The position numbers and the translations under genes were made by a program. The notes below the pieces were generated by a model, which was not told the DNA's origin, ran no database searches, and saw only the letters and a list, made by a program, of their open reading frames with translations. Below are positions 17,853 to 20,540 of a DNA stretch of 20,540 bases, piece after piece (the first letter of the stretch is position 1; each line of letters opens with the position of its first letter). Origin of the DNA: an uncultured archaeon (GTDB lineage Archaea; Asgardarchaeota; Heimdallarchaeia; Heimdallarchaeales; Heimdallarchaeaceae); the NCBI GenBank assembly GCA_964549075.1, contig CAZJUB010000045.1, positions 1 through 20,540 of the forward strand, written 5' to 3'.

Positions 17853-18319
17853 TAGTCATATTTAGATGTAAACATTGTGAGACTCTAAATGAAATTCCAA
17901 GTGATTTTCGATATAGGTTGTGTAAAAAGTGTTCTTCCTTAATAACTTATGAGATAGGAGAATCTATATTGTGTATTGATCAATACGAGAATTGTCTAGA
18001 ATTTACGCAAATAGATAATTTAACAATGGAATCAGCTGAAAAATTCTTTTCTTTAGCAGATAAAAATACTGAACAAATTTCTCAACTTATAAAGAAGCAT
18101 GATAATATTACTTCAAACCTGTTAGATATACCAGCAGCATCTCTCCCAGATACTATACTAGTTCTATTAAAACACAATAATAGTGAAACATTCGACGAAT
18201 TAGTGAGAAATTGCAGAAATTTTGCTATTGATTTAAATAAAATGGAACAAGTTATAAAGAAAATGAAAAATGAAGGTATTGTTTACTACCCTAAAGGTTG
18301 GCTTATACGCTTAATTTAA
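17849..18319 (+). CDS. Zn-ribbon + C-terminal winged-helix protein (DUF1922/DUF5817-like)
   Basis: CKHC...CKKC at the N-terminus; C-terminal MEQVIKKMKNEGIVYYPK. ATGA overlap with trmI. Confidence 0.7.
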   Translation: MIVIFRCKHCETLNEIPSDFRYRLCKKCSSLITYEIGESILCIDQYENCLEFTQIDNLTMESAEKFFSLADKNTEQISQLIKKHDNITSNLLDIPAASLPDTILVLLKHNNSETFDELVRNCRNFAIDLNKMEQVIKKMKNEGIVYYPKGWLIRLI

Positions 18320-18326
18320 ATGCTCT

Positions 18327-18932
18327 TTAATACTTTCTCTTTTTGAGTTTATCTCGTATCCAACCATAAAGTATGAAAACTATAACTCCTACTACTGCTA
18401 CAGCAAAAGCTATTCCAACACCAATAATAACTTTTGAAGGACCACCATAATCAATGACAGAAACAGTGATATTTTCTGCTGCTATGTACTTCTTTCCATA
18501 TGCTCCTATATCGGGATTTGGGTGATATTCATCGATTGCCCAGAAATAAATGGTTACGTTATAATCTGCTTCAACATTGGTAATTTCTGCACGTAAAGTT
18601 CCTGTCAAACTTGCACCAGGTTCAAGTGAATTGTGGTCTGAATCAAATTTTTGAGTATAGGTGCTATTTAATCTGCTATTTCCACCCTTATCAATGAAAT
18701 CTGCTTTTAATGATTCTACTTGAATAGTTTGATCCCCAAAATTAACAATTGTTGCATAAATACTCACTACATCGTTTCTTATGATGGTAGTATCCGATAT
18801 CCTGCCATTAAAGGCAGCAATTAGCTCCTCTGATTGTGCTTGAGTTACTTGAGTTACAGGATTTAGTACAAATGCTAATAGTATCAAAAAAGTACTTGCT
18901 CTAATTAATTGCTTCTTCTTCATGGAAATCAT
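18327..18932 (-). CDS. Type I membrane protein with Ig-like domain, TRAP-alpha (SSR1)-like
   Basis: Signal peptide, beta-rich domain with NFGDQTIQVESLKADF, LEPG and ENITVSVID, then one TM helix and a basic tail. Confidence 0.6.
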   Translation of the reverse strand: MISMKKKQLIRASTFLILLAFVLNPVTQVTQAQSEELIAAFNGRISDTTIIRNDVVSIYATIVNFGDQTIQVESLKADFIDKGGNSRLNSTYTQKFDSDHNSLEPGASLTGTLRAEITNVEADYNVTIYFWAIDEYHPNPDIGAYGKKYIAAENITVSVIDYGGPSKVIIGVGIAFAVAVVGVIVFILYGWIRDKLKKRKY

Positions 18933-18934
18933 CT

Positions 18935-19561
18935 TTATTCTGTGATTAGTGACGAAAGTTCCCTTTTCAGGTTTTCTAATGACCTTTCTATTCTCTTTTC
19001 ATAAGTATTGTTAATGCTGATTTTTCCATCAACTGTTTTGACTATGATACCACCCATACTTCGTATGTAATCTTTAGCAAGATTCATATTAACATCTAAA
19101 GAGTATTCTTTAAGTTGTTTAGATATACCTTCAAAGAACTGTTTTGTAAATATTTTTTTATCCTCTTCTCGACAATGAATTGTGAGTTCTGGTCGTTTTA
19201 AAGTGATAGCTGCTTCAATAACTAGGTTTTCTAAGCTTTTTACATATTGTTCAGATCCAACTACAACTTGTATTTTTTTCTGAGCTTTCTCAATAAAATT
19301 CTCTACTAGTTCATCTCGATGTTTAGTGACATCAAGTTTCAAATCTAATTCGTGTTTAGCTTTTTCTTTCATAAATTCTGTATCAGCTTTTGTTTTGGCA
19401 CCATCAATCGTCTTAGTTTGAACATTTTCGATTTTAGAGGCAGTCTCTTTTTTGATATCTTCAACAGACTTCTTTTGTTCTGCAACTATCTTTTTAATAA
19501 CTTTCGCAGTGTTTTCCTCTATTTTTTTGGTTATTTCAGTGTCGATTTCTTCTTTACTCAT
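18935..19561 (-). CDS. atpE: A/V-type ATP synthase subunit E
   Basis: Long charged N-terminal helix and C-terminal GGIIV..DGKI.INNTYE.R motif. ATG 19561 has GAGGA upstream and gives 208 aa; the longer ORF start overlaps the upstream gene. Confidence 0.9.
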   Translation of the reverse strand: MSKEEIDTEITKKIEENTAKVIKKIVAEQKKSVEDIKKETASKIENVQTKTIDGAKTKADTEFMKEKAKHELDLKLDVTKHRDELVENFIEKAQKKIQVVVGSEQYVKSLENLVIEAAITLKRPELTIHCREEDKKIFTKQFFEGISKQLKEYSLDVNMNLAKDYIRSMGGIIVKTVDGKISINNTYEKRIERSLENLKRELSSLITE

Positions 19562-19608
19562 TGTAATCCTCTTGTGGGTGGGAGAATTTGTTAAAGACTT
19601 CATAAGTT

Positions 19609-19652
19609 GGCATATAAAAATTTTGGTTAGGAATTGAAAATCAGTTCCTAAC
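19609..19652 (-). promoter_or_regulatory. BRE/TATA (CCAAAATTTTTATAT on the minus strand) abutting a 27-bp palindrome
   Basis: GTTAGGAATTGA-AAA-TCAGTTCCTAAC at 19626-19652 (11 of 12 arm positions match), directly upstream of the TATA-like element. Confidence 0.55.
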
Positions 19653-19670
19653 ATTTGTGTGATTAGATTA

Positions 19671-20540
19671 TTACTCAAATAGTGTTTCATCTGTAGCATA
19701 TTTGTATGCGATTATAAACAAACCAAAGAATATAACTGCTGAAAGAGCTACTATTATTGTAACAATTATATCTGGTCTGGCAAAGATTCTGATGAGAAAA
19801 TTCATAGCTATAAATATTGGAACCATTAATGTTCCTGCAGCACCACCTGTGCTCCCCCCTTTAGGTATCTTCTTCCTCCATCTGATAATGGTTTCCAAAG
19901 AACTCAATGTTACTGCTATGATGTTTATAACAAGCATAGCTGTTCCTGTAGTTACCCAATCTTTGATGTCTCCATTTACATTATTATCTACAAAGAGATA
20001 TAACATTAGAAAACCAGCAAACAAGATTATTTTGATTAAGTGACCAATTCTTTCACTTGCTTCCTTTGTATAGGAGACCTGTGATGCTCCTTCTCGAAGG
20101 AAAACAAAGAAATTTCCTACAGCGATAGCACACGCTAGACATAATACTATACCATAGAAGACTGGAGAATAATCTGCCCAAACTCCCCAGATTGACAATA
20201 ATAATGGTACTTCACCTACAGGTGTGAATGCATATGAACCAAAAAATGCTATTGCGACAATTAAAGGAATCGCAGCTAGAATTATCCCAGGAATTACGAT
20301 TAATATTGCAGGAACATTCTTCTTAACACCGAAAGCATACAAAATCAATTTAACTGCAAAAAATGCTCCAAAAACTGCAATTATTGGGCCAGCAAAAGGC
20401 AGTATGAGGAAGAATAAGCAGAAAATAGCATTTACCATATAGAAAATTTTGGTATCGATTCTTACTTTTCCTAATGCTCTCCACATTAAATCATATGAAT
20501 TAGCCATTCTGGTTGCTTTGATTGCTGAAACTAGCGAAAA
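19671..20540 (-). CDS. Multi-pass membrane protein of unknown function, probably 5'-truncated
   Basis: About 8 hydrophobic segments. The frame stays open from 20507 to the window end (FSLVSAIKATR-M). Confidence 0.75.
   Translation of the reverse strand, partial: FSLVSAIKATRMANSYDLMWRALGKVRIDTKIFYMVNAIFCLFFLILPFAGPIIAVFGAFFAVKLILYAFGVKKNVPAILIVIPGIILAAIPLIVAIAFFGSYAFTPVGEVPLLLSIWGVWADYSPVFYGIVLCLACAIAVGNFFVFLREGASQVSYTKEASERIGHLIKIILFAGFLMLYLFVDNNVNGDIKDWVTTGTAMLVINIIAVTLSSLETIIRWRKKIPKGGSTGGAAGTLMVPIFIAMNFLIRIFARPDIIVTIIVALSAVIFFGLFIIAYKYATDETLFE

Noticed and set aside
18327-18344. KKRKY tail as a dilysine ER-retrieval signal
   Set aside because: Position -3 is Arg, so it is neither KKxx nor KxKxx. 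The positive-inside rule explains it.
19562-19699. 46-aa N-terminal extension of ATPase subunit E in the ORF track
   Set aside because: It overlaps the upstream gene and spans the TATA box and palindrome. ATG 19561 has an SD-like site and gives a typical length.
2114-20442. Many 60-113 aa antisense or off-frame ORFs (e.g. 2114-2368, 6239-6475, 12387-12674, 13364-13549, 19702-20043)
   Set aside because: They lie within or opposite well-supported genes and carry no motifs, so they are shadow ORFs.
1-20540. CRISPR arrays, tRNA/rRNA genes, IS elements or prophage
   Set aside because: No periodic repeats, GC-rich structured islands, transposases or integrases are visible, and intergenic gaps are short.

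Overview
AT-rich, gene-dense archaeal chromosomal window, most likely from an Asgard archaeon (Heimdallarchaeia-like). That placement is inferred from eS26, archaeal uS19/TrmY/TrmI, a presenilin-like protease, a TRAP-alpha-like protein, a large FtsX-type permease and a tandem Lrp-like regulator. In order it holds: 5'-truncated uvrB and uvrC, a glycosylated surface protein, a double-HTH regulator, a MacB/FtsX ABC exporter, a tail-anchored microprotein, a DUF151 nuclease-like gene, an apparent three-gene operon (ECF S component + DUF4430 B12-binding-like protein + presenilin-like GxGD protease), stand-alone uS19, PadR, eS26, TrmY, a 2-TM microprotein, an arginine synthetase (ArcE/COG2403)-like gene, an SDR, TrmI, a Zn-ribbon/wHTH protein, an orphan A/V-ATPase subunit E coupled to a TRAP-alpha-like gene, and a truncated multi-pass membrane protein. 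I see no rRNA, tRNA, CRISPR array or mobile element. The best candidates for a new system are the B12-uptake/presenilin operon and the ATPase E/TRAP-alpha-like unit with its upstream 27-bp palindrome. All family calls come from motif recognition from memory, not from database searches.
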